Assembly (NCBI GenBank): GCA_032718475.1
Contig: JAUCBJ010008465.1
Span: forward strand, 1-41,531
Reading direction: 5' to 3'
DNA length: 41,531 nt
Source: Nemertoderma westbladi
Lineage: Eukaryota > Animalia > Xenacoelomorpha
Shown: piece after piece, positions 25,382 to 35,573 of the stretch
How positions within the stretch are numbered: position 1 is the first letter of the stretch
How the letters are laid out: each line of letters starts with the position of its first letter
Program-made: the position numbers and the translations under genes
Notes under the pieces: generated by a model
Told to the model about the DNA's origin: nothing
Databases searched by the model: none
What the model saw: only the letters and a program-made list of their open reading frames with translations

Positions 25382-28195
25382 TTAAGTTGGGGAGTCCCTA
25401 GATGTCGGTTGGATTAGGGAAGTGGTCGTGGGAAGAGTTTCTTGCCTTCCATAGTTTCCGGAGAGCTCTCTGTCTCTTTCCAGTAAACATAAACGACCCA
25501 CTGGGCGATTGAGCTGTTGAGTCTCAAAGACTATCCCTGGTTTCTTAAAGTTACGTCGCATGACGACGAGTTCTACTGATCGCACCAAACCATCGCTCGA
25601 GATATGAGTCTCGATGATACGTCCTGTTTGCCATCGCTTACGTGGGAGATCGGGGTCCACAATAAGCACCATGTCTCCAGCGCTGACGTTTTCTTGCTGC
25701 GCAAACCACTTAGTTCGAAGTTGTAGAGTGGGCAGGTAATGTTTCTCGAAATGGTCAGCGAAACGACGGGATAGCAACTGCATAAGTTGCCAGGTTCGAC
25801 GGCAGTACTCGTCTCCGTCTGTGATCTCCGATCGTGGGAGCATGGCTACGGGTTTCTTCAGTAGAAAGTGCGCGGGTGTTAGCGCTTCCAGGGAATCCGG
25901 ACTTGAAGAGACTGGCATAAGCGGTCTTTCGTTGAGATAAGCGGCGATTTCCTCCATTAACGTCCGCAATAGTTCGTCGGTGAGATAAGCGCGACAAGGC
26001 ACAATAAAGTGGAACGCAGTTTTCACGCTTCTAATCAATCTCTCCCAACTTCCTCCCCACCAAGGGGCGTCGGCGGCGTTGAAGGTCCAGCTAGACGCTG
26101 TTATCTTTAGCTGATCGTCCACCTGTCTTTTGTTCCAGTCCTTTACGTAAGCTTGAATTTCGTTGTTGGCGCCAATGAAGTTTGTTCCCTTATCCGATCT
26201 CATCGTGTTACTGGTTCCGAAACGAGCGATCTGTCGTCGTAAACTCAACACGAAGCTGTTGGTGGATAGATCGTTTACCATATCGAGATGGATAGCTCTA
26301 CAAGTCATACAAACGAAGATGACACACCATCTCTTGATTATAGTCCGGGCACGATATACTTCAATAGGGCCAAATAAATCCACACCGGTATTAGTAAAGG
26401 GTGGTTCATAGAAGCTTACTCTTTCCCTAGGTAATTCTGCCTCTCGCTGTGTCAAAGGCCTACTGAATGCTTTCCTACAGGGTATGCAGTTCCTAAGAAC
26501 TTGGTTCAGAGCCCTACGGGGTTTATAAAAATAGTAGCGAGTTCGAATTTCGCTCAGAACTCGTTCTCTACCAGCATGGTACAGTTTGCTATGAACATCT
26601 ACAATCATCTTGATTTGTATGTCAAGATTTCTAATGAGTATGGGAAACTTAGTGTCAAAGGATAACGGGGCGTTGGTGAGCCTGCCTCCAACACGTATTA
26701 ACCCATCTATCATGGTACTAGAGAAGCGATCCCTTAAGCGCATCTGCGGATTTCTTAACAACAGGAAATACTTATCGGAATCCTCATAGCATTGTAGGAG
26801 TCTCAGCATCTGTTTGTTGGTTTCATCATGCTCCTGGTAACTGATCTTCTCCTTTAGAATCCTGTCGGATACCTTGTATTGGGGAAGATCTTTAACAACA
26901 TGGACTCGTGCAGATGTTGATGGAGCATCATCACTATGGGTCTTTGTCCCGGAGTAACGATGATGAAAACATCGTTTTAAATAGGTGACGGCTTTACAGA
27001 GCCGATTCCAGGAGCTGTAGTGACGAATCGCTCTCTGCAAGAGGGGTGAGAGTCCTTGCGCGATATCTGGTATTCCAGATTTCCAATCCTTGTCACGGAT
27101 TTCCAAGACTTCTTTAGTCGTGGCGGTGGGTTTCTGATCCAAAGCATCATCTCCGGAAGTAAATAATACAGATAGATCAACCGCAGGTTTAAACAACTTC
27201 GATTTACTCGCTCGAGTTTTGGGTTTAACTTTCTCCGCTCCCTTGGCCTGTCTGATCTCTGCTGTTGTGAGATGGGGATGCCATTCTTCTTCTTCTCTGT
27301 AGAGAAAGTCGGGTCCTCCTAACCATTCGGGAGTATTTACCAATTCCTTTGGAGTCGCTCCTCGGGAAGCGATGTCTGCTGGATTAATCGTTCCGGGGCA
27401 ATGTCTCCATTGGTCCATCGTCGTGCGACTAAGTATGATGGCTACCCTGTTGGTAACGAAGACGCTGAACTGACAGACTTCATTGGTTATATACTCTAAC
27501 ACGAGTAAAGCGTCGGTCCAATAGACCATTTTCTCTAATGGATAGTCAATCTGTTCTGTTACATTCCGGCCGATGGCTGTAGCGTATAGAGCCGCTTTTA
27601 ACTCCGCTCGAGGAACTTTCAACTTGTTGTTGATTAATGCCTTAGAAGTAACCAAGGCGACTTTGATTCCATCCGGAGTTTCCACTCTTAGGTAGGCTAC
27701 TATACCTATTCCCATATCGCTGGCGTCTCCAAACACATGGAGTTGATAGGAATACGTAGGGAGAACATGACCAAAATATGAACGGGAAATTATAAAATCC
27801 TCGATAGCCGGCAGAGAATCTTCCCATTCCATCCACTTCTTCAATAATTCTCCCTTAAGTGGATCGTCCCATGAGTGGTTTTCAAGCCACATTTGTTGTA
27901 CCAAACTACGAGCAATCAATATAACTGGGCTAATAAATCCCAATGGATCGAAATAAGTGCTCAGTATACTTAAGCAAATCCGTTTGGTTCGAACTGGATT
28001 ATCTCGCTGTTTTAGCTGGAAAAACAGAATATCTCGCTCTGTGTCCCATTTCAAGCTGAGTGTCTTGGTTTCTGGCAGATCATCTTTGATCAAATCTAGA
28101 TCTTTCGCCCCTCGATCTTCCGCAGGGATCGACTCCAGAAACTCACGGGAGTTGCTGGTGAATTTTGTTAATCGAACCCACCTCTTTTTAAGCAC
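25382..28195 (-). CDS. pol: Bel/Pao Pol C-terminal part: RT thumb, RNase H (Pao peptidase A17 region), integrase
   Basis: LTKFTSN, FDPLGFISP, LHVFGDAS, PRAELKAA, YWTDA, NPADIASRG, integrase H..H..CIPC, GVDLFGP, SDKGTNF, GGSWERLIRSVK, LTPAHFL. Confidence 0.93.
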   Translation of the reverse strand: MLKKRWVRLTKFTSNSREFLESIPAEDRGAKDLDLIKDDLPETKTLSLKWDTERDILFFQLKQRDNPVRTKRICLSILSTYFDPLGFISPVILIARSLVQQMWLENHSWDDPLKGELLKKWMEWEDSLPAIEDFIISRSYFGHVLPTYSYQLHVFGDASDMGIGIVAYLRVETPDGIKVALVTSKALINNKLKVPRAELKAALYATAIGRNVTEQIDYPLEKMVYWTDALLVLEYITNEVCQFSVFVTNRVAIILSRTTMDQWRHCPGTINPADIASRGATPKELVNTPEWLGGPDFLYREEEEWHPHLTTAEIRQAKGAEKVKPKTRASKSKLFKPAVDLSVLFTSGDDALDQKPTATTKEVLEIRDKDWKSGIPDIAQGLSPLLQRAIRHYSSWNRLCKAVTYLKRCFHHRYSGTKTHSDDAPSTSARVHVVKDLPQYKVSDRILKEKISYQEHDETNKQMLRLLQCYEDSDKYFLLLRNPQMRLRDRFSSTMIDGLIRVGGRLTNAPLSFDTKFPILIRNLDIQIKMIVDVHSKLYHAGRERVLSEIRTRYYFYKPRRALNQVLRNCIPCRKAFSRPLTQREAELPRERVSFYEPPFTNTGVDLFGPIEVYRARTIIKRWCVIFVCMTCRAIHLDMVNDLSTNSFVLSLRRQIARFGTSNTMRSDKGTNFIGANNEIQAYVKDWNKRQVDDQLKITASSWTFNAADAPWWGGSWERLIRSVKTAFHFIVPCRAYLTDELLRTLMEEIAAYLNERPLMPVSSSPDSLEALTPAHFLLKKPVAMLPRSEITDGDEYCRRTWQLMQLLSRRFADHFEKHYLPTLQLRTKWFAQQENVSAGDMVLIVDPDLPRKRWQTGRIIETHISSDGLVRSVELVVMRRNFKKPGIVFETQQLNRPVGRLCLLERDRELSGNYGRQETLPTTTSLIQPTSRDSPT

Positions 28196-31100
28196 TCTAC
28201 CGTTCCTTTAGCGACCTCAATGGCTTCCTCAACTGATGGAAGGGACTTCAGATTGTCGTCCATGTATATGTCTCTCTTGATGTTGTCGATCACTTCCTTA
28301 GAGAAGGCCTCTCGGTTGTCTTCTGCAGTGGTACGCACTACCGAACAGGCGTTGGAAGGGCTTGAGATTATCCCAAAGGCCTGGATGGTCATCCAGTACT
28401 CCACCGGTTTCTGGTTGAGGTCTCCTTCGGGCCACCACAGAAATCGTAGACTATCTCGATCCCTATCTAACACCTTGACTTGTAAGAACATGCCTTCTAT
28501 ATCGGAGGCGAAAGCAATCGAATATTGTCTCAATCTTAAAAGAATTCCCAACAAAGATTGAAGTAAGTTGGGTCCGGGTAACAATTCAGAGTTAAGGGAT
28601 TGACCCATGTAAAGAGCGGAGCCATCAAACACTACTCTCACTTCATGTGGCTTACCGGGTTTAGGAACGTAATGGTGAGTTAAGTAATACGTTCTTTCAG
28701 TCACAGGTGTTTCTTCCGGTACTCTCTCCGCGTATCCCTTACTAATAAATTTCTCCAGCTGTGTTTGATACATTGCTTTAGCTGAAGAATTAGCCGTAAG
28801 GCGTCGATGGAGTTGCGCGATTCTTTTTTCCGCCAAGGGTCTGTTATTGATGAACTTCGGTTCTTTCTTGCGGAAAGGTAGACCGACTTCATACCTACCT
28901 TGATCTTTGAGGAAACGTGTAGTTGTCTCTTGGATCTGCTTGGCCCTTTCCTCTTCCACCGACAAGGCTTTATCGTAGGAATTGGGCTCTACCGCCTCTT
29001 GCGTAAAGAATCGTACGGCATGTTCATCTCGAGTCTTGGCATTACAACGCTCAATGACGTCATTTAACTCGTCGTTATAAGCTTCTCGTTCTGTTGGATA
29101 AAGAAGTTGACATAAGTTCACTTGGTTTTGCCAAGCCTCGTTTTCCTTAAGGAGGTCGATGGTATTCTCCTCATCAAAAAGCTGGTGCACGTCGTCGTTA
29201 TCTGAGGAGTATGGGGTTCCCTCAGTTAAATCGTCTCCCTCACTAGTATCATCTTCCCATTCACTCACCTGGTAGACGCTCTCTGGCGGTAGTCTTTCTC
29301 TGAGTGTTCTACGGGAAGGGCCAGTAAAGTACCAACCTACTCTAGTTCTTACCGCATAGGTCTGTAGTGGCTGCGGTTGAGCAGGCCGTTTCTCTAATGT
29401 CTCCAGCGCCTCATGCGCGTTTTGGCCGATGAGTATTTGCACTCCAGGATAATCAGTCTGGAATCGAGGTATGTTAAGATGTTGGATGCTCTCATCCTCG
29501 TCCCAATTATAAAGGTCTGCTTGAGTAGTAGCGAAGTTCTTTATAGCCACCATTTTCACTGACCTTATGCTATGTTCTCCTAGTTCGTCCTGGGGGGTGG
29601 ACAACGCTCCTACATAATAATCTGCTGTTATTGTAGATTTCCAAACTTGCATAATGCCAGACATGTTGAGCTTAGTTTGGAACTTGGGTTGTCCAGCAAA
29701 TATATCTTCGGCTAGCTCTTTGTCGATGAATGTTCCTGTACTACCGGAGTCAAGGAGGGCGTTCACTACATAACTCCTCTTAGGTCCGTGAACCCTTACT
29801 TGCACCACAGGAAACTCTCGGATCCCTACATGGGAAGATGGCTCTTTCCAAGATGGTTGTTGCTCAGAAGTAGTTAGAGTGAAGTCGTTGTCTGTATCCT
29901 TTTCATATGTGAGTGCTCGATACACTGCGGTATTTATCATGTAACAGAATTCGTTTTCGTCGGAGAACTCGTCTGTATAGAATCCTTCCATCTCAGATTG
30001 ATCAGTGTCGTTCACATCACTGAATTGGACATGTAGCTCGGAATCACTTACCTGATTCGGACTATTTCGCTCGAATTCAGCGTGCAACAAGATATGATGT
30101 TTCGCACCACACCTTGCACACCTTATGTCAGAGAAACAGGTACGCCGTTGGTGTCCTTGTCTGAGACAATTATAACATAACCGCTTATCCCACATGACTT
30201 CGCGTCTCTCCGTTAATGACTTCTTCAGGAATTCATCACACATATTCAAACGGTGGGTCCCGTCACACAGCGCACATTTCGGTTTGATGTTACTTACCTT
30301 ATTTTGAGTCACATTGTGTACACTTGCCTTTTCTTCGGGCTTTCTCACCGGAATTCTCTTGGGAGACGTGGGAGGAGTTTTTCTTACCTGTTCTCTCCTG
30401 TCATTTGCTCGAGACTTGAATTTACTTACCTGATCTTTAGGCATTTTATTGACATAATAAGATCTATTAGTGTCTTTCCCGCTATCTTCTCCTTGAGAAG
30501 TCTGGCTTTCGCCGTCGTCTGTATAACACACTGGTGTTACCTTTCTCCTAGAGACGGGTTTTTCGCTTACCTTGTTATCCAGTGTCTTCTCTCTGGACAG
30601 TTTCAGGAGCTGTAATTTCACTTCTCCATCTAGGAATGACATGAGATCAGCCATGGTAGGGTCTCGTCGTTGTTGTTCCATCATATATAACACTTTCTTA
30701 TCCCAGCGTGTACCTACTCCACCCTTCGGTAAAGTAGAAGCCACTGCTCTAATAACCATAGCATTCTGATACTCATGAGACTTACCTAGCCAATCTAATT
30801 GTCTACAGATCTCCTGAATCTCATCGGAAAACTCGATAATTCCGCTGCTAATAAACTTTCGGGGCGCTACCAACTTTGCATACAAATACCCAGCGATGTT
30901 ATTCCTATTACCATACCTGATGTTTAGTGTATCCCAAACTTGTCTTAATCCGTCTGGATGTCCAATAAACTTTAACGCCATTAACTTGGGAGATCCTTCC
31001 AAGCACTCGATGAGGTATCTAAGTTTTTCTCCATTAGATAGTACAGAGTTCTGTATGTTATCTTTGTAATATTCATTAAAAGGTAACCATTTCATCTCAT

Positions 31101-31212
31101 CTCCATTGAACTTGACGATCTCTCCCACCTTTACCGCTTGCCGGGCTTCGGTTCTAGCCATTTGACGCGTAAAACTTTCTTGGCACATTGTTTTCTCTTT
31201 CTTTCTTGACAC
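28168..31212 (-). CDS. Bel/Pao Gag core, zinc knuckles, aspartic protease and RT
   Basis: DUF1759-like FNGDEMKWLPF..EKLRYL; CALCDGTHRLNMC, CYNCLRQGHQRRTC, CARCGAKHHILLH; ALLDSGS; RVVFDGS, GPNLL, DIEGMFLQV, YMDD. Joined to the next ORF by an apparent 1-nt deletion at ~28172 (GGF|LTKF). Confidence 0.93.
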   Translation of the reverse strand: MSRKKEKTMCQESFTRQMARTEARQAVKVGEIVKFNGDEMKWLPFNEYYKDNIQNSVLSNGEKLRYLIECLEGSPKLMALKFIGHPDGLRQVWDTLNIRYGNRNNIAGYLYAKLVAPRKFISSGIIEFSDEIQEICRQLDWLGKSHEYQNAMVIRAVASTLPKGGVGTRWDKKVLYMMEQQRRDPTMADLMSFLDGEVKLQLLKLSREKTLDNKVSEKPVSRRKVTPVCYTDDGESQTSQGEDSGKDTNRSYYVNKMPKDQVSKFKSRANDRREQVRKTPPTSPKRIPVRKPEEKASVHNVTQNKVSNIKPKCALCDGTHRLNMCDEFLKKSLTERREVMWDKRLCYNCLRQGHQRRTCFSDIRCARCGAKHHILLHAEFERNSPNQVSDSELHVQFSDVNDTDQSEMEGFYTDEFSDENEFCYMINTAVYRALTYEKDTDNDFTLTTSEQQPSWKEPSSHVGIREFPVVQVRVHGPKRSYVVNALLDSGSTGTFIDKELAEDIFAGQPKFQTKLNMSGIMQVWKSTITADYYVGALSTPQDELGEHSIRSVKMVAIKNFATTQADLYNWDEDESIQHLNIPRFQTDYPGVQILIGQNAHEALETLEKRPAQPQPLQTYAVRTRVGWYFTGPSRRTLRERLPPESVYQVSEWEDDTSEGDDLTEGTPYSSDNDDVHQLFDEENTIDLLKENEAWQNQVNLCQLLYPTEREAYNDELNDVIERCNAKTRDEHAVRFFTQEAVEPNSYDKALSVEEERAKQIQETTTRFLKDQGRYEVGLPFRKKEPKFINNRPLAEKRIAQLHRRLTANSSAKAMYQTQLEKFISKGYAERVPEETPVTERTYYLTHHYVPKPGKPHEVRVVFDGSALYMGQSLNSELLPGPNLLQSLLGILLRLRQYSIAFASDIEGMFLQVKVLDRDRDSLRFLWWPEGDLNQKPVEYWMTIQAFGIISSPSNACSVVRTTAEDNREAFSKEVIDNIKRDIYMDDNLKSLPSVEEAIEVAKGTVECLKRGGFD

Positions 31213-33284
31213 ATTGTTACAGAGGGTGGTGGTATACCCTTTTGGGTATTTACTAATTTATCGCGTTCTAGCGCGATACTTTGCTGCACTTCTTGCAACT
31301 CACGCCTACTTTCCCTTACTGTGCCCTTGAATTGCTGAACCGTCTCCTGCATCTGCCCGAGCAGGAGATCCATCCCCCGCCGTCTCTCGTCCACCCATTC
31401 GACCGCCGAAGCGGGAGTTGCCAACGTTGTAGCGGGCGGACGAGGGACAACGGGCGACAAATTATGAATATTTCGCTCGGGGTCCAGGACCTGAACTGTC
31501 TCCTGGGCCGTTCTACGGGGCACAGGTAGCTTAGTGCTATGCAGAGGGAATTTAGAGGTAGTTTCAGGGAGCACAGGTGTATCTATCACCGAAGGGGTGA
31601 TTTCAAGAACAGGCCTAATTATTTCAGGCTCATCTACTATAGTAGGGAGTCTTTCTATTTTAATTATTTGGTCTGTGGGCTCTGTACTACCTAAGTTGGT
31701 GTTATTTAGTTGCCTTCTAACAGCTGGAGGCAAATCAGGCAATTTCTGACGGTGGAATGTTCTTTTACGTCTGCTTAGACGAGATCTATTTCCTTTGCCT
31801 TCAGTATCGGTGGTATCGCCTTCCTCAGATGATGTATATCCCTGTCTTTTGGGAGTAGATCGATTCATCATCTGCATATTACTAGCTGTTAACTGTTTAT
31901 TTATGCAGTCTTGATTCTCCTGAATGTTTTCCAATTCTAATTGGATGGTTTCTTCAGCCGCTCTCCGTTCTGCTTCTGCCACTGCCTCTGCCGCTTTTCT
32001 TTCCGCTGCCGCTGCCGCTTTTCTTTCAGCTTCGGCTGCCTTTGCCTCTGCCGCTGCCTCTGCCGCTGCCGCTTTTCTTTCTGCTTCTGCAGCTACCACT
32101 GCTGCTTTCTTTCTGTCTTCTATGCGTTTTTTCTTTACTTGTTGTTCTTGGACTTGTGTCAGGCGGAGTTGTTCATCAAATTTAGCCTGATTCGCAGCCC
32201 TCATTTCCACATCGATGGCATCCAACACTAGCTTGGTTCCTTCACTATTAGGGCTAAGTCCCTCTAACCTTCTCCTCAACTCGTCATCACCTAAAAAACG
32301 TTGATAGTCTGACAGATAGATGTCAATGGCATCCCTCTTATGCGGTTTCTCTGCCGTCGCTTCACTTTCCACTTGGGAAAAAGTAGCATCTGTTGATTCT
32401 CCATGGGTTGAGCGCTCCTCCAGCTGAGCTTTCCACTGAGCTGTTCCTTGAACCTGAAGACTCACCCTTTGAAACCAGGTCTTTACGGCAACTTGCAACG
32501 ACGTGTCTTGCCTTCGTTTAGAAGCCTCCTCAAAGGCCGATAATATTAGCCTGATTCGTAGAATTCTTTCTCTAACTTGATAAAGCAGTTGTCCCTGCTC
32601 TTGAGGTCCTTGTGGTTGTTGAAACAGTTGTCCTTTTACTCGCTCCATAGAGCTGAAGAATCCCTGTGCGTATCCGGCTGCGGACCTCTTCCACACAGCT
32701 GGATCGATGGTTTCCTTGGCTACTCCCATCCGGTGTATGTCTTCCCAGGCAGCTTCTGATAAATCAAACGGGAGTCCGGGTCCGGGGAAGTTCCATTGCG
32801 ACTCGACCATGGACTTCAGTTCTTCCCTTGTGTATCCAGCATAACTATCTCTAGTTGAACGCCGGCTTCTCGCCCAATCGATCTGGTGTTCTTCCACAGC
32901 GATCAATAACCTAGTGAGTACGGCTGCAGGAAGGATGAGAAGGGGATCCGAATAAACCGCATCCATCATCTTTGCTCCGCGTTCTGGTGTCAGTTCTACA
33001 GTATCCTCACTACTGGAGCTGTTGGGCCGTTGAGAAGTAAGTTCTTGGCTCGCGGGTTGTTGATGTTCCGCTGCTTCTTGGTCCCGCTTGACCTGAGCTC
33101 GAGTGCCTATGATAGACCTACGATGTTGGACCAGCCTAGGTTCTTTTATTACTACTGGAGGGATGACCTTCCTCACAGTGGGAGGTGAACTGAACTTACG
33201 ACTAGACGGTTCTACGCCTCTATCTGAGTCGCAGATAGTTACATCTAATAAACTGTCTGACAGGTTCTGCTTAGTATCAGACAT
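31131..33284 (-). CDS. Long N-terminal Gag extension with Ala/Glu/Lys coiled-coil repeat
   Basis: 717-codon ORF from ATG 33284; EAERKAAA repeats; overlaps the next ORF at a 26-nt-spaced duplication (31175-31218). Confidence 0.8.
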   Translation of the reverse strand: MSDTKQNLSDSLLDVTICDSDRGVEPSSRKFSSPPTVRKVIPPVVIKEPRLVQHRRSIIGTRAQVKRDQEAAEHQQPASQELTSQRPNSSSSEDTVELTPERGAKMMDAVYSDPLLILPAAVLTRLLIAVEEHQIDWARSRRSTRDSYAGYTREELKSMVESQWNFPGPGLPFDLSEAAWEDIHRMGVAKETIDPAVWKRSAAGYAQGFFSSMERVKGQLFQQPQGPQEQGQLLYQVRERILRIRLILSAFEEASKRRQDTSLQVAVKTWFQRVSLQVQGTAQWKAQLEERSTHGESTDATFSQVESEATAEKPHKRDAIDIYLSDYQRFLGDDELRRRLEGLSPNSEGTKLVLDAIDVEMRAANQAKFDEQLRLTQVQEQQVKKKRIEDRKKAAVVAAEAERKAAAAEAAAEAKAAEAERKAAAAAERKAAEAVAEAERRAAEETIQLELENIQENQDCINKQLTASNMQMMNRSTPKRQGYTSSEEGDTTDTEGKGNRSRLSRRKRTFHRQKLPDLPPAVRRQLNNTNLGSTEPTDQIIKIERLPTIVDEPEIIRPVLEITPSVIDTPVLPETTSKFPLHSTKLPVPRRTAQETVQVLDPERNIHNLSPVVPRPPATTLATPASAVEWVDERRRGMDLLLGQMQETVQQFKGTVRESRRELQEVQQSIALERDKLVNTQKGIPPPSVTMCQERKRKQCAKKVLRVKWLEPKPGKR

Positions 33285-33372
33285 GTTTATGTGTACAGTT
33301 GAATGTCTACTGCTGTATTACAGTCTGAGCAAGTCTAGTAACTCAGTATTAACTGATAGCCTAGTAATTAAT

Positions 33373-33664
33373 TACCGGTACTGCTACTCAGTGTAGCGTG
33401 ATATATATAATATATTAGAATACCGGTATGCTTATAGTATATATAACTATTATTACAGACTAGGTTTATCACAGAATACCGGTATAATTTTAGCACAAAT
33501 ATATATAAATATATAATAGGCCTATCGGGAATACCGGTATACAGCTTACAGTTTTGTAGTATATATAATTATAATTCTGGACTAGAATTAATTATAAAGT
33601 ACCGGTATAGTTTCAGCCTAAATTTATAGAAATAAAGATAATAGGCCTATCGTAAATACCGGTA
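33373..33664. repeat. Phased array of six TACCGGTA palindromes in the 5' leader
   Basis: Sites start at 33373, 33421, 33477, 33532, 33600 and 33657, separated by AT-rich spacers that alternate in a ~120-bp dimer. Confidence 0.85.
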
Positions 33665-34603
33665 TATCAATTATTTTAAATAATTGAATTTCTGAATTTT
33701 AGAGTTACTTGGTTACTTTACTTACTTTATTACCGTTTTTTGAGCAGTAATCCAACTGATATTGAGACCTAATGGTTGTATGGTAGGCCTACTATTTATA
33801 AATCGTTAGATTAGATTTATACTATATATATATACCCGTTTTAATGGGTTTTGTCAATGTTTGAAATAAATGTTATTATTTCTGGGGGTAATCACTACAC
33901 AAAGCGGTACGCTTTCAGTGAAGTGTTACTTATAGGACACTAAAACAAATAATACTAATTTACCTAAGTTACTTAATACTACAAATTACGTACAATTCGG
34001 GTGAGATTACAATCTCTAAATAAACACAAAAATTTACAAAAACACAAAATACGAATTTTCAGGGTAATTTTACAAGAAGTCTACAAACCAGCCTAACAAA
34101 GGGTTAGAAATCTGGTTATTACAACGGACAGGGTACTGCGGTATTTGAAAATAATAAGTAGTAGTAAATACACTGCGTTGTCCAGATAGGAAAATACCAC
34201 CGCCTGACGACCTATAGCCGTATCGCTATAGGTACTACGTTATGTATCACGGAGTGTCCCTACCTAGAAGTTAATAGAGCTAATCGAACGTGCCTATCAA
34301 CCACTTTACAACACAAATATAATGCCTACACTAATTACTTTCGGAAAGCACTGTACACTAAACCCTAAATTAGGTACGAGTACTTGTACAACATATAATC
34401 AGTAGTTAAATATACTTGAACAGCTAAAAGAACCACGGCATCTGCTGGAGTGACCGGTGCACAAAATCACCAGTCTTTACCTACGCCAAGCAGCCCGTGT
34501 AGTACCGGGGTTAATTTAACTATAACGGTATGTATAACAAACACAATTACTGTAGGAACAAACTTGGGGAATGAATGTTGCGAATAATCGCATAAACTCT
34601 GAA

Positions 34604-35180
34604 TAATAAATATTACGCTACGCGTACAAACCACTCAAACAAAATGCAGACCAAATACTGACAGACTACTATCAAGCCTAAATAAACTACAGGACATGCA
34701 GACTCCGAAATGATTAGGTAGTATGCGTTCTAACCCAGTAGTACGACTTATTCTTTAGTTGGGGGTTTACCTTACAGCAATGGCTGCCCCTACTTCCTAA
34801 CCGTTCTTTATCGGACAGATGCTTTACACACACCGAAATCCGTTCAGACCTAATAACAGCCAGACAACTATCCAGCCTACAAATTATCTAAATAAATATT
34901 ATACGCTACCTGTACAGACTACACAAACAAAGTACAGACTAAACGATGGCAGACTACTCTCAAGCCTAAATAAACTACAGGACATGCAGACTCCGAAATG
35001 ATTAGGTAGTATGCGTTCTAACCCAGTAGTACGACTTATTCTTTAGTTGGGGGTTTACCTTACAGCAATGGCTGCCCCTACTTCCTAACCGTTCTTTATC
35101 GGACAAGTGATCTACACACACTGCAATCCGTTCAGACTTAACAGCAATCAGACAACAGCTCAGCCTACAAATTGTCTGTA
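34604..35180. repeat. 288-bp tandem duplication in the 5' leader
   Basis: CAGACTACT at 34662 and 34950; core 34672-34817 appears identical to 34960-35105, flanks diverged. Confidence 0.9.
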
Positions 35181-35562
35181 CAATATGATCAGGCTTACAC
35201 GCCTTCTGTTCAATACTGGCCTACAAATAAATAAAACTGACAGAAATAAGTAAGCTCCAAAAAAAACAAGGGGTGTACAGTCCCTAATCTCTTAAACAGC
35301 CTACCGGTATGCAATAATCAAATCGAATAATACTAATGTACTTATACTGGAAGTACCGGTTAGGACAGTTGGGCCTACGGACCTACAGAAGTACCGGTTC
35401 TGGCAGTTGGACCTACTGACCTACAGAAGTACCGTTCAGGTTTACCGGTTGACCGGTACTTTCCACTTTATTGCTTACTGCAATAAAGAAGCGATATCCG
35501 TTATTGTTCTTACCAGAACAATATTAAACTGTATTTAATGCCTACACTGCAATACAGACTAA

Positions 35563-35573
35563 ATATCCGTTAT
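35563..35573 (-). promoter_or_regulatory. Non-canonical primer-binding site ATAACGGATAT (candidate self-priming)
   Basis: Immediately follows the 5' LTR, lacks TGG, and is exactly complementary to the sense-strand 11-mer at 36348-36358 in the LTR. Confidence 0.6.

Noticed and set aside
28160-28200. Programmed frameshift within RT
   Set aside because: Falls inside the conserved GGF.LTKF motif and is best explained by a 1-nt deletion or sequencing error.
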